From: the human T2T-CHM13v2.0 reference genome, Homo sapiens
Assembly: GCF_009914755.1 (NCBI RefSeq)
Contig: NC_060926.1
DNA: 64,000 nt
Direction: 5' to 3' (one strand)
Position 1 is the first letter of the stretch. Each line of letters begins with the position of its first letter. Both the position numbers and the translations under genes were made by a program. Of this stretch, positions 12,265 through 27,700 are shown piece by piece. The notes beneath the pieces were generated by a model. It was not told where the DNA came from, made no database searches, and saw only the letters and a program-made list of their open reading frames with translations.

Positions 12265-15200
12265 TAAATCCAGTGCTCTCTTCACTACGTAAATCTTCTC
12301 CTTTTTTACCAGTCCCATAAAATGTTACAACTTCTACCCTCAAATTAATCCCAGCAAGAGCCCAGTGATAAGAAATGCAGTTTGATAGTTATTGCATTGC
12401 TGCATCCCCTCTAATAGGATAAAATTTTATCCATTAATTATAACACATAAATTATCAAAATCAGAGCCTCAAGAATCACTATATATTTTTAAAAATGAAT
12501 TTGGGGGTCTTTAAATAATTACACTTTAAGAAAAACTCAAAAGGAGGCAAATGAGTATCATGAAAATGAGCATTAGGAAGCCAGTCCTTGTTTAAGTAGC
12601 AAATTATTATTATATGTCCGAACTAATCAAGTTGTCACTGCTAAGAACAGAAGGCCACAGTAGGCTCACAAAGTTATGCTAATTATCCTAAGAGTCAATT
12701 CAGAATGCAACCATTACTCAGGAAGCACTCCTCTGACTCTGTAATTGGCCTACAATTCCTGTGATTCCAGGGAAGACTTCAGAGTCTGTGTTTAAAACTC
12801 TTACAGCACTTCCCACAAAAGGGAGCTGGAACTGCTATTTCAGGTGCTTTGAGGGGCTTTGGGATTCTGGGTACATGAGATCTCCATTAATAACTAAGTT
12901 AGTTTTCTTCCCTTGAACATCCATCAACAACCTCTCAAAACCAGGCTATTAGGGATATTTGGCAGGAAATTGTTGCTGGATTAGACCAATCCTGTATCTG
13001 TGAAGTAATAGATTGATAGATTAACTAACCAGACACTTTGTCGGACACTTCATACACAGACATTCATATCCTCACGACCATTCTTCAAGGTGATTGTCAT
13101 TATCCCACATTTATAAGTGAGGAAGCTGAAGCTCTGTGCACCCACTCACTGGCTCCAAGACCACAGAGCTAGTGGGTAGGACAGCCAGTTTGAGTTTGGG
13201 TCTCTCTAGTCTCTTTCTGTGAGTTGATGTCTTCCCTGACATACTCATCATCCGACAAGCTGCTCAGCTCCCATGCTCTGAGAAGGTTGGGTTTGTACAG
13301 GATAACTTGTATCATACTGAGCGTGTGGACGCAACTCTCATGGGCAAAGGGAAAAGGCAAATTGCCCTACTAAAAGGAAAGGAAATTGCACCTTACAGTT
13401 AAAGAGAGAAAAGGTTAACATATTTGCCAAAACCTTACACACTCACTAAAAAAAAAAAAAAAGAATAAATCAATTAAGGCATTTTGCAATATAGCTACAG
13501 TTAACAAACTATAAAATACAATGAACTTAATTTGATCTGCCATTTAAAAATCTCTTCCCCAGTTATGGGTGGCTAATGTCCCCAGACAAATTCCTACAGT
13601 CCAAAAGAACAAGTACCTGCAGTCCAAGGAACAAAATCTCTTGTCCCACTTAAAGTGGTTCTCTGGACATTTAGACTTTTAGGGGAAATATAATAAGAGA
13701 CAACAAGCAAATTATAACTCACCAGGTGACAGGAATGGAAACCTGGAATATATGCTTTCCTGAAAACAACTGACAACCTTTGGCATTCCTCCTTTTTTAT
13801 TTTCTCCCTTCAAAAACGCAACAAAATAAAGCCAAAAAAAAACTTCCAGTAATTTCAGCTGGAAAATGAACACTCCAGATCGCTCTCCTTCTCAAGGATG
13901 ATGATGATATGATTCACCACCTCCTTACCTGGTTTGTATGAGTAAAATCATCAAGTACATGTTCTCGATATTTATAAAGACAAATTTACGATTCAATGGG
14001 CGATGCTGCACACAGCCAAAGGTTTCAATGCCCTAGCTCTTAATAAATCCCCTTGAGTCTTTGAAGCTTTTACAGCATGAGCATCTAAATAGCAAGTCCT
14101 CAGCCTCATGGGATTAAGCACTATTCATTTCCAACCCCGAGTTCTTGTCCTGCCGACTTTTCCATTTGTGCGTTGGCCAGGTGTTTCTGCCTCCTTTGTC
14201 CCAGCAGAGCTCTCGGGATAGACTTCTCTGTCATCATTCAGTATCTCCCTCCCTGCAGCAGGTCCACTGGTGAAGACAGGGCCTTTGAGAAAGCCAGGAA
14301 GCATGTCCAGAATTCCTACAAATTCTACCATTTTGTACAGAAATTACATGACTATTTTTAAAAACAAGATTTGAGAATTACAAATTCAGAATTATCAGGA
14401 GTTCTCACCGGACAAAATTGAAAGCAGGACAGTGGAGGGAAATTTCCTACACTCTAAATAATTGGAAGTGTAATCTTATAAAAAGATAATTTAAAAATGA
14501 TTCATCTTACTTCTAAAAGGGCTCACAGAAAAGCTCTTAAAAAGCAATTCTCCCCAGTCCATTGCAAATACAATTCACATCTCAATTCAGTTAATACAGG
14601 AAGCTTTAGAAATTTGAGTCTTACAATGGAATATTGTGCTTCTACAAACTTCAAAAGGTTTGCACCAAGATGGAAAGTTCTTTGTGTAAGGGAATTCATC
14701 TGACCGAAATGACCAGAGACAAGGGGGCCTGTGTAGCTTTGAGGATGGGAAGGAGGTGTATGAGCAGTTCCCATGCCTCTGTGTGGTACCAGCTGCTCCT
14801 CCACCTCAAACCCAGGGCCCTGGTCAAGAAGCTCCTCTCTCCTACTTTGCCAGCTTGTTTTTAAGCTCATCCCCTAGTTTATTTGCAGTTCCCCTCAAGG
14901 TAGGTAGAGGAAACAGCACAAGATAAAATCAAAGCAATCATTGCTGCTGCTTTTGAGTAACTCTGATGAAAGACTTACTACATGAGAGAGGCTGTGGTCA
15001 CCACTATCTACAATAGGGACTTAGGATTATATATGAATTTCAATTATTCATACTAAACCTATCTTCCTCTAGTCTGACTGCTAAGTCTCCAAAAAAGATA
15101 ACCTGTTCCCTTCAGAGTCATGATCTCTGACGCTCTCAGCTTTTCTCTTTCTGCTAACGAGAAAACTGCTGAATCACTGGCTTGTTTTCTAGGCAACAAG

Positions 15201-17012
15201 ACAATCTGGTTGCAAAATTCCTAAATCCTGTGAGTGCATCCCTTCTATCCCAGCCCAACAAAATGGTGGTTCTTACCTCCTTCTTTGTCCAGAGAGAGAG
15301 GACACTTATTCTTTTAAGCACCTTATTAACTTTCTCAACATTTTTTTGTCACTAAGGAGTCACTCTACACCCCTGGTACTAGCACTTCTCCAAAAAATAG
15401 TCAGAGCCAAGGAATGCTAGGGCTTCCTGGAACCATGCAGGGCCAGGATTCTTCTGTTTAGAAGCTGGCCAAATGATCATCAATTATTCCCAGGCCCTGC
15501 ATTGATGATCAACCCTTTATTCACATCCAGCAATTTCCAATTGTCTGTCCAAGGGGCTGTCTAGGTCCATATCTGAAAACATGAAAAGCAAGATGTGGAG
15601 AGGAAGCAGAGAGAATTGCCACAAGCACTAGGCTGGCAGTCAGAAAATGACATGCCGTTTGTCAAATGGTAAGGCAAAAATCTGAACTCAAGTCCGTTTC
15701 GCCCTAAACCCCATGATCTTAACCACAATTATCCTACTTCCTATATTAGTAACATGCTAACGTTATCACACATGAACTGTACACTGAGTGCATGACTGGG
15801 CATTGCTATACCCAATTTTTAGAGAAACTGACTTAGTTAAGTGCCAGTAAGTGGTGATACCGATATTTGAGCCCAGTCTGGTCAGACTCCAAAACCAGCT
15901 GTGGTGCCATTCAAACATCCAATGAGCAGAGGCAGACTGTAATGAGAGAAGGGAAATGAGACTCCAAACAGCACCCAGGGCTCTAGAGGATCAGTGATGA
16001 CTAAGCCAGAGCACAACTGACTATGCTGGGAGAGGTATGGAGACAATGGTGGTGGTGGCAGCTGCAGGCTGGGAGCAGATCAGCAGTGCTTCTGTATTCT
16101 ATGGCATGCCTTGGAAACTTCAAAAAGCAAAGAGATATTCCACACTCTCAAGGAGCTACAGTGGGAAGAAGCTAGAGCAGACTCAATTGGCATCAACAGC
16201 AGGAGAGTATGCCTAGGCAGCAGCCTGAAGCCAGGAGGAGGGTCAAAGCAAAGCCAGAGAGGCAGCTCTTCTGGAACACATGGGGCATGTCGAGTGGACA
16301 GGAAGTTGGTGTAGCACCAGGCAGTGTCTAGACCCAGCAGCCACAAGGTAGTGGACCATAAACTTCATGGCATTCAAAGTCAGCCTCCAACAAAACACAA
16401 ACCAGTTAGCCTGGTTAAAAGCAGAGGCTAGAGGAGAAGGAAAGTGTAAAGACCCAGGAAATCTGAGTAGGAGCTCAAACGAAGGGGGCTCTCGACAAGA
16501 ACATAACCCCTGACTCCCAACAGCAAGCATGGCCTGACAGAAAGAGGCTCCCTGGCCCCAGGGAGGCCTCCAAGCAGGCAAGAAGCCAGTGATGAGATGT
16601 GTCTAACTTAAAATCAGATGTGTCACCAGGAAGCTCCAAAAAAAAAAAGGGCATGCCTGTTTTCAGCAACTCATTCTCTTAAAGGTCATTATCTTGGATA
16701 TAATTGAAAATTTTAAATACCAAATTATACATAAAAGCCTGCCTCGGATGCAAATCAGAATAGCGTAGAAGGTTAATCTCAGTCCTTTTGCCAAAAATCA
16801 CATTATTAATGGTGATGTGTATAAAGCATTGCGGTGCGTGACCTAGAGCCCAGGAGACCCGCAGAGTCTGGGAATAAGCCCTAGAATAAACCTCTGCTTT
16901 GTTTTCCCTACTTTAGCCCAGCCTCCATTTCATTCCCTACTAACTCCAGCCCCTAACCCTCAGACTCTCCACTTAATTCTGATCAGAGATCGTAATGTGA
17001 ATACACGGGTAT

Positions 17013-17014
<2 letters not shown>

Positions 17015-17043
<29 letters not shown>
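17015..17043. repeat. Poly(A)29 mononucleotide run
   Basis: Uninterrupted A run with no Alu or L1 body upstream. Confidence 0.95.
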
Positions 17044-17048
<5 letters not shown>

Positions 17049-17659
17049 GTATAGGAACTTACATATAAGAGGGAAAAGAGAAAAGAGAAGGAAGGCACTA
17101 TCTCACGTCCCAAGGCAATGACCTGAAACGCAATGAGAGGGGTGCAGGTAAAGATTGAGTGCACGGACAATGGCTCAGACAGGAGCTGATAGCCACCTTC
17201 TTCAGCAGCAGACATGGAATTTCTGAATCATAAATCAGCATTTATCCCGACCCCCTTGGATGTGTGGGGAATTAATTGGACAGAGAAAAAAAGATGCTTT
17301 CACTGGCATTGAGGAAACTTCACTTTTGTAAACCTTTATGGGCATTTATAGTTTTAAAAGCTTGTCTCAGAACTGAAGTCCAATGTCAGGGCAAGGCAGA
17401 AGAGGACTCTTCATTCCTAGGGGTATAAGTCTCAAAAATCTCTCTTCTCCCATTGGCTCCACACTGTGCCCCTTCTCAAATGGTACAAGAAAGTTCAAGG
17501 GAGCTGCAAGGAAGGTCTTAGACTAGCGCTTACACTTGTGACCAGGACACTACCCAGCACTTCTGAGGTTACAGACTTTATCCCAATCATGAGTCATGGT
17601 CTCTTAGGATCACTTGAGGCCAAGCATCTGGGAAGAATAGCAATAATAACATGTTATCA

Positions 17660-17826
17660 TAAAGCCTAAAATACCACCAACTATGAAATGCATTCTGGTT
17701 TCAGAGATAAAATATGAAAGAATGGCCTATGGTCATTATAAAATGATATTCATCGTAAAACTCATCCCAATTTCAGAGATACTAAAATGGAAGAAAGTGC
17801 ATCTTAGCATCTATGAAATTCAGCAA
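17660..17826 (-). mobile_element. MER104/Kanga-like Tc2 DNA transposon relic
   Basis: catcccaatttcagagatactaaaatg...gtgcatcttagcatctatgaaat resembles the reverse complement of the MER104/Kanga1 terminus. Confidence 0.55.
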
Positions 17827-17984
17827 TACCACCTATGGTTGGTACTATTAAAGTTAAAGATGTTCTTGTGAAACACCTTCATACCTTCTAAAATTAGGTA
17901 AGACCATGTGACGGGTTTCAGCCAATGAATATGGGCAGAAGTGAATGTCACTTTTAGCCAACGTATGTAATTGTCAATGTTTGA

Positions 17985-18399
<415 letters not shown>

Positions 18400-18450
18400 A
18401 ACATTGCCATTTTTTAATAGTGGTAACAAAAAATACAATTTGGTTATTTT

Positions 18451-18585
18451 GGCCAAGCACTGTAGCTCATACCAATAATCATAGCACTTTGGGAGGCAGA
18501 GGCAGGAGGATCACTTGAGGCCAGGAGTTCAAGAACAGCCTGGTCAACATAGGGAGAACCCATCTATTAAAAATTAAAAGTTAAA
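18451..18585 (+). mobile_element. FLAM / AluJ left monomer
   Basis: ggccaagcactgtagctca...gaggatcacttgaggccaggagttcaag...A-rich tail; single arm. Confidence 0.85.
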
Positions 18586-18695
18586 AATTGTTGCTACATT
18601 AAGCACCTAAACTTCTGAAGCTGTTTGTCACCACAGCATAACCTAGCCTCTCCTGACTGAAATTGCATCTTGCATTTAAATAAGTCATTATCTCA

Positions 18696-20587
<1,892 letters not shown>

Positions 20588-20871
20588 AAGTTGAGACTCA
20601 AAAAGATTGACTGAATTGACCAAAGTCACATAGCTAGCATGGACTAATGTTTTTGGCACTAGGATTCATGTTCTCTAACTAAAAGAATCAGCCTCACAGT
20701 GTCCCATCTGTCTCTATCCTCTCTTCTGCAGCTCCAACTACTTGCTCCACTGCTCGGATGAATTGATATATAAACATACTTACCTTCTTTGGGCAAATGG
20801 ATTTTGAATCTCAATCTCTTTCCTTTAAGCAGCAGAAAAACATTGAAGAACCTGGCCAACAATTGGATTTA

Positions 20872-21343
<472 letters not shown>

Positions 21344-23533
21344 TCATGTTCTTCATTTCACCTCGCTTTCTTGAAGATGCTTTACATTCTGAGTGGAAAA
21401 CTTGATCCAGTCTCTAGTTGCTATAAAGTTGGCAGCAATCACATGATCACACCTAGGAAATTCTAATCTCTTGTGAAGACACATAAGGCAGGAGACTCCC
21501 TCAATATGAATAGGCAGCCTCCTGGGGCTCCTGACCCCATCACTCACTCAGATTACATTCTGTGCCTAGAACTCCAAATTATACAGATGGAAATGATTTC
21601 CCTGAATCAACAATGTTACTTCATTTCTCAACTAGAGAAAGGAGCTTACCTAGAGTCAATTCCTGAGGCCAAAATACAAAACCACCAGCTGGTGTCAACA
21701 ACTGGCTTCCGCAGTTTGCCCTTAGTGAGTGCCTCCAAGTAGTCTAATGTTTACATTCAAGAAAAGAAAATGAACTTCATCATTTTTATAATGCTCTTTT
21801 TTATCACACTCTCTCTATCAAAAGGCTCTGAGCCCTGAGCATAATGCCCTCCCACAGCAGTGGTTTTGCTTAGAGTCCATGCTTGGTTAAGCACCAATTG
21901 TGCTTATGAAACTGTCAGTGTGAAACTGTCCACAGGACAAGCATATCAGGAGCCAGAGTTGTGAGCATGACTCTGGCAGCCCTCTGAAATTCTAAGCAAA
22001 GAAATGCTTATAAAATTACTATGTTTCCATTTCCCTTGTCTGATACCCCAGCAACTGTGGCTGCCTTCAGTAACTCTGCTCTATAGACATCCGTATACAA
22101 AAAGAATGCTTTCTGAGTTGTATACAGCTTCCCTGGGATGAGACCACAGGATTTTGTTAATGCTACGCATTTTCTTCTTAGAATGGCAGTCTTTCCCCTT
22201 ATTATTTTTTTGGCAAGATAGTAAATCTGATCACCATAGAGCCTAGGGGATTCTCTAGGTGTATAAGAATGGATATTTATGTTGTTTTTTGTAGTAAATG
22301 TCCAGTAAGGCAGAAACCAAAGTACTATTTCCACAGCAAAGCTTTGGCTATCAATTCCATAGGTAGAGTGCAAGATGATCTACAGCTGTAGAATCCTTGA
22401 ACACTGGTGTTTAACCACTTAGGAGTCTTCAGCCCCTTCAAAAACTGGACCTCTCTCCAGTAAAATGTACACAGGCACACACAAAGGCTGTTTGTAATTT
22501 CAGGATCTTTACATTCCCCTAAAGCCACCCATGTCTTCCCTGCTTTGACCCTACTCTTACCTCCCCTTCCCCAAGAAAGGGGAATACTCACGCAGAAGAT
22601 GCCAGCTCACTCCATCTGATGGTTCTGCCCCCTTTCTCCAGGTAATTCATTACCTACCACAACCAAGGGCACTCTCCTTAATTCCTCTGAAACTCAGCTC
22701 CCTCAAAAAAGGGGAACCATAATATGTGTCCATCTACCTTATGGGATATTGTGCAAACCAAAAATGGGAAGAAGCATAAATATACTGTGAATTATAGATT
22801 AAACATTGCATATCTGCAATATTGGTGAAGAGTACATGTGTCAGCTATAATGGGCTCTGATCCATCCTGTTTCCAGCCTCTTCCATCTACATTTTTCTGA
22901 ACATACCAAATTGCTGATATGGTTTTTTTTTCCTAAAGGCTTCTGGATTCACAGTGCATGCCTTTGAAAATGAGGATATGTGTGAGGGAAACTACAAGAC
23001 TGTCAATTCTTTAATGACAGTGTATTGGCACCCAGGGAACAGCAAACGCTGCTGCAATCCCAATAATTCAGAAGCCTCCATAAATCATCCTGATGAGGAA
23101 GAAAAGCTAAAGCAGCGATAGTGCTTTCTGCCTTCTAGAAGACATAATGAATGGTTTAAAGGTTTCTTTAAGGGTGGCTTAGTTTTCCAATAACCCATCC
23201 CTCAATACCACCATCCCAAGCTGTCAAGTATAAACAGAGACCTCAAAGTTAGGACATAGAGAAAAATAAAGATGATAAAATATTATTCTGCACATAATAG
23301 AGAACCCAGAAATAAAGCCAAATACTTATAACCAACTAATATTCTACAAAGCATACAAGAACATAAATTGGGGAAAGGATACCCTATTTAATAAATGGTA
23401 GTAGGGAAACTGGCTACCCACATGCAAAAGGATGAAACTGGATCCCTATCCCTCACCCTATACAAAAATCAACTCAAGATGGATCAAAGACTTAAATCTA
23501 AGGCCTGAAGCCATAATAATTCTAGAGGATAAC

Positions 23534-23886
23534 TGATAGGCTTTGGCTCTGTGTCCCCATGCAAATCTCATCTCGAACCCTACATGTCGAGGGAGGGAGC
23601 TGGTGGGAGGCGATTAGATCATGGGGGAGGTTTTCCCCATTTGTTCTGGTGATAGTGAACGAGTTCTTATGAGATCTGATGATTTTATAAGTGGTGGTTT
23701 CCCTGCTCTCTCTCTCCTGTCACTTTGTGAAGAAGTTGCCTGCTTCCCCTTTGCCTTCTGCCATGATTATAAGTTTCCTGAGGCCTCCCCAGCCATGTGG
23801 AACTGTGAGTCAATTAAACCTCTTTTGTTTACAAAATATCCAGTCTCAGATATTTCTTTACAGCAGTGTGTAAACGAACTAATACA
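23534..23886 (+). mobile_element. MSTA solo LTR
   Basis: TG...CA termini; tttggctctgtgtcccc; 5-bp TSD ATAAC/GTAAC. Confidence 0.9.
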
Positions 23887-24245
23887 GTAACCTTGGAAAA
23901 ACTCTTCTGGATGTTGACCAAGGGAAAGAATTCATGACTAAAACCCCAACAGAAAATGAAACATAAATAAAAACAAACAAACAGGACCTGACTAAACTAA
24001 AAAGCTTCTGCACAGCAAAAGAAATAATTGTCACAGTAAACAGACAATTCACAGAATGGAAGAAAATATTTGCAAACTATGCATTCAACAAAGGACTGCT
24101 ACCTATAATCTATAAGGAACTCAAACAAATTAGCAAGAAAAAAATAATAATCTCATCAAAGGTGGGCAAATGACATGAATAGACATTTCTCAAAATAAGG
24201 CCAGGAAACATATGAAAAAAATGCTCAGTGTCACTAATCATCAGG

Positions 24246-24612
24246 TGATACGGCTTAGCTGTGTCCCCACCCAAATCTCATCTTGAATTCATGTGTGTCG
24301 TAGGAAGGACACAGTGGGAGGTAATTGAATCATGGGGGCAGGTCTTTCCCGGGCTGTTCTCATGATAGCGAATAAGTCTCACCAAATCTGATGGTATTAT
24401 AAAGGGGAGTTTCCCTGCCCAATCTCTCTCTTTTTGCCTGCTGCCATCCACGCAAGACATGACTTGCTCCTCCCTGCCTTCTGCCATGATTGTGAGGCTT
24501 CCCCAGCCACGTGGAACTGTAAGTCCAATTACACCTCTTTTTTTTTTTTTTTTTTGTAAATTGCCCAGTCTCTGGTATATCTTTATCAGCAGCGTGAAAA
24601 TGGACTAATAAA
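24246..24612 (+). mobile_element. THE1B-like solo LTR
   Basis: tgatacggcttagctgtgtccccacccaaatctcatcttgaattc...ggactaata; 5-bp TSD TCAGG. Confidence 0.92.
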
Positions 24613-25529
24613 TCAGGAAAATGCAAATTCAAACCACGATGACATACAACCTTACTCCTGCAAAAATGATCATTATTAAAAAGTCAAAAAAAAAAAACAA
24701 CAACAGATGTTGGCTTGGATGTGGTGAAATGGGGACACTTATACACTGCTGGTGGGGATGTAAATTAGTACACCCTCTATAGAAAACAGTATGGAGATTC
24801 CTTAAAGAACTAAAAGTAAATCTATCATCCAATCCAGCAATCCCACTACTGGGTATCTACCCAAAGGAAAATGCATTATGTGAAAAAGACACAGGCACAC
24901 ATATGTTTATTGCAGCACAATTTGCAATTGCAAAGATGTGGAACCAACCTAAGTGCCCATAAACCAATGAGTGGATAAAGAAAGTGTGGTATATATATAC
25001 ACCATGGAATACTACTCTGCCATAAAAAAGGAATAAAATAATGTATTTTTCAGCAACTTAAAAGGAGCTAGAGGCCATCATTCTAAGTGAACTAACCCAG
25101 GAAAGGAAAACCAAATACCATATGTTTTCACTTATAAGTGAACGCTAAGCTATAAGTACACAAAGGCATACGGAGTGATATAATGAATTTTGGAGACTGA
25201 GATGGGAAGGAAGGGATAGGAGTGTGAGATAAAAAAAAAAACTACATATTGGGTACAACATACACTGCTCAGGTGATGGGTGCGCTAAAATCTCATAATT
25301 CACCACTATATAATTCACCCATATAACCAAAAACCACTTGTACTCCAAAAGCTATCCAAATTTTTAAAAATATTTTAAATAAAAAATTATCCTGCATTTG
25401 TCTTATCCTTTTTGCATATGAACTGCTTTAATAGATTAAGAGTATTTATTTGTACCAATTTTTTATTTGTTAGGGTAGGCTAACTGCTACAACGAATATA
25501 CCCCAAGATGTGTAAAAACCTCACATGCG

Positions 25530-25623
25530 CTCTCCCTCTCCCTCTCCCTCTCCCTCTCCCTCTCCCTCTCCCTCTCCGTCCCTCCCTCTCCGTCTCCGTC
25601 TCCGTCTCCGTCTCCCTCTCCCC
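25530..25623 (+). repeat. SVA hexamer head: (CCCTCT)7 followed by a CCGTCT variant block
   Basis: Read directly from the sequence. Confidence 0.95.
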
Positions 25624-25987
25624 ACGGTCTCCCTCTCATGCGGAGCCGAAGCTGGACTGTACTGCTGCCATCTCGGCTCACTGCAACCTCCCTGCCTGAT
25701 TCTCCTGCCTCAGCCTGCCGAGTGCCTGCGATTGCAGGCACGCGCCGCCACGCCTGACTGGTTTTGGTGGAGACGGGGTTTCGCTGTGTTGGCCGGACCG
25801 GTCTCCAGCCCCTAACCGCGAGTGATCCGCCAACCTCGGCCTCCCGAGGTGCCGGGATTGCAGACGGAGTCTCGTTCACTCAGTGCTCAATGGTGCCCAG
25901 GCTGGAGTGCAGTGGCGTGATCTCGGCTCACTACAACCTCCACCTCCCAGCCGCCTGCCTTGGCCTCCCAAAGTGCCGAGATTGCAG

Positions 25988-27700
25988 CCTCTGCCCGGCC
26001 GCCACCCCGTCTGGGAAGTGAGGAGTGTCTCTGCCTGGCCGCCCATCGTCTGGGATGTGAGGAGCCCCTCTGCCCGGCCGCCCAGTCTGGGAAGTGAGGA
26101 GCGTCTCCGCCCGGCCGCCATCCCATCTAGGAAGTGAGGAGCGCCTCTTCCCAGCCGCCATCACATCTAGGAAGTGAGGAGCGTCTCTGCCCGGCCGCCC
26201 ATCGTCTGAGATGTGGGGAGCGCCTCTGCCTCACCGCCCCATCTGGGATGTGAGGAGCGCCTCTGCCCGGCCGAGACCCCGTCTGGGAGGTGAGGAGCGT
26301 CTCTGCCCGGCCGCCCCGTCTGAGAAGTGAGGAGACCCTCTGCCTGGCAACCACCCCGTCTGAGAAGTGAGGAGCCCCTCCGCCCGGCAGCTGCCCCGTC
26401 TGAGAAGTGAGGAGCCTCTCCGCCCAGCAGCCACCCCATCTGGGAAGTGAGGAGCATCTCCGCCCGGCAGCCACCCCATCCGGGAGGGAGGTGAGGGGGG
26501 GTCAGCCCCCGCCCGGCCAGCCGCCCCATCCGGGAGGGAGGTGGGGGGTCAGCCCCCCGCCCGGCCAGCCGTGCCATCCGGGAGGGAGGTGGGGGGGTCA
26601 GCCCCCCACCCGGCCAGCCGCCCGGTCCGGGAGGTGAGGGGCACCTCTGCCCGGCCGCCCCTACTGGGAAGTGAGGAGCCCCTCTGCCCGGCCAGCCGCC
26701 CCGTCCGGGAGGGAGGTGGGGGGGGTCAGCCCTCCGCCCGGCCAGCCGCCCCGTCTGGGAGGTGAGGGGCGCCTCTGCCCGGCCGCCCCTACTGGGAAGT
26801 GAGGAGCCCCTCTGCCCGGCCAGCCGCCCCGTCCGGGAGGGAGGTGGGGGGGTCGGCCCCCCGCCCGGCCAGCCGCCCCGTCCGGGAGGGAGGTGGGGGT
26901 GTCGGCCCCCCGCCCGGCCAGCCGCCCCGTCCGGGAGGGAGGTGGGGGGGGTCAGCCCCCCTGCCCGGCCAGCCGCCCCGTCCGGGAGGTGAGGGGCGCC
27001 TCTGCCCGGCCACCCCTACTGGGAAGTGAGGAGCCCCTCTGCCCGGCCAGCCGCCCCGTCCGCAAGGGAGGTGGGGGGGTCAGCCCCCCGCCCGGCCAGC
27101 CGCCCCGTCCGGGAGGGAGGTGGGGGGGGTCAGCCCCCCTGCCCGGCCAGCCGCCCCGTCCGGGAGGGAGGTGGGGGGGGTCAGCCCCCCTGCCCGGCCA
27201 GCCGCCCCGTCCGGGAGGTGAGGGGCGCCTCTGCCCAGCCGCCCCTACTGGGAAGTGAGGAGCCCCTCTGCCCGGCCAGCTGCCCCGTCCGCGAGGGAGG
27301 TGGGGGGGTCAGCCCCCCACCCGGCCAGCCGCCCCGTCCGGGAGGGAGGTGGGGGGGGTCAGCCCCCCTGCCCGGCCAGCCGCCCCGTCCGGGAGGGAGG
27401 TGGGGGGGGTCAGCCCCCCTGCCCGGCCAGCCGCCCCGTCCGGGAGGTGAGGGGCGCCTCTGCCCGGCCGCCCCTACTGGGAAGTGAGGAGCCCCTCTGC
27501 CTGGCCAGCCGCCCCGTCCGGGAGGGAGGTGGGGGGTCAGCCCCCCGACCGGCCAGCCGCCCCGTCCGGGAGGGAGGTGGGGGGGTCAGCCCCCCGCCCG
27601 GCCAGCCGCCCCATCCGGGAGGTGAGGGGCGCCTCTGCCCGGCCGCCCCTACTGGGAAGTGAGGAGCCCCTCTGCCCGGCCACCACCCCGTCTGGGAGGT
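25988..27700 (+). repeat. SVA VNTR (about 37-50-bp GC-rich units)
   Basis: Repeated gcccggccagccgccccgtccgggagggaggtgggggg and gggaagtgaggagcccctct units. Confidence 0.97.

Larger units (their letters stand above)
23292..25385 (+). mobile_element. 5'-truncated L1PB (L1PB3/4-like) interrupted by MSTA and THE1B
   Basis: ORF2 3' remnant and L1PB-type 3'UTR (actacatattgggtacaacatacactgctcaggtgatgggtgc); probable TSD attattctgca/attatcctgca. Confidence 0.9.

Noticed and set aside
25988-27700. Repeat array superficially resembling CRISPR
   Set aside because: There are no unique spacers and no cas genes; it is the SVA VNTR in human DNA
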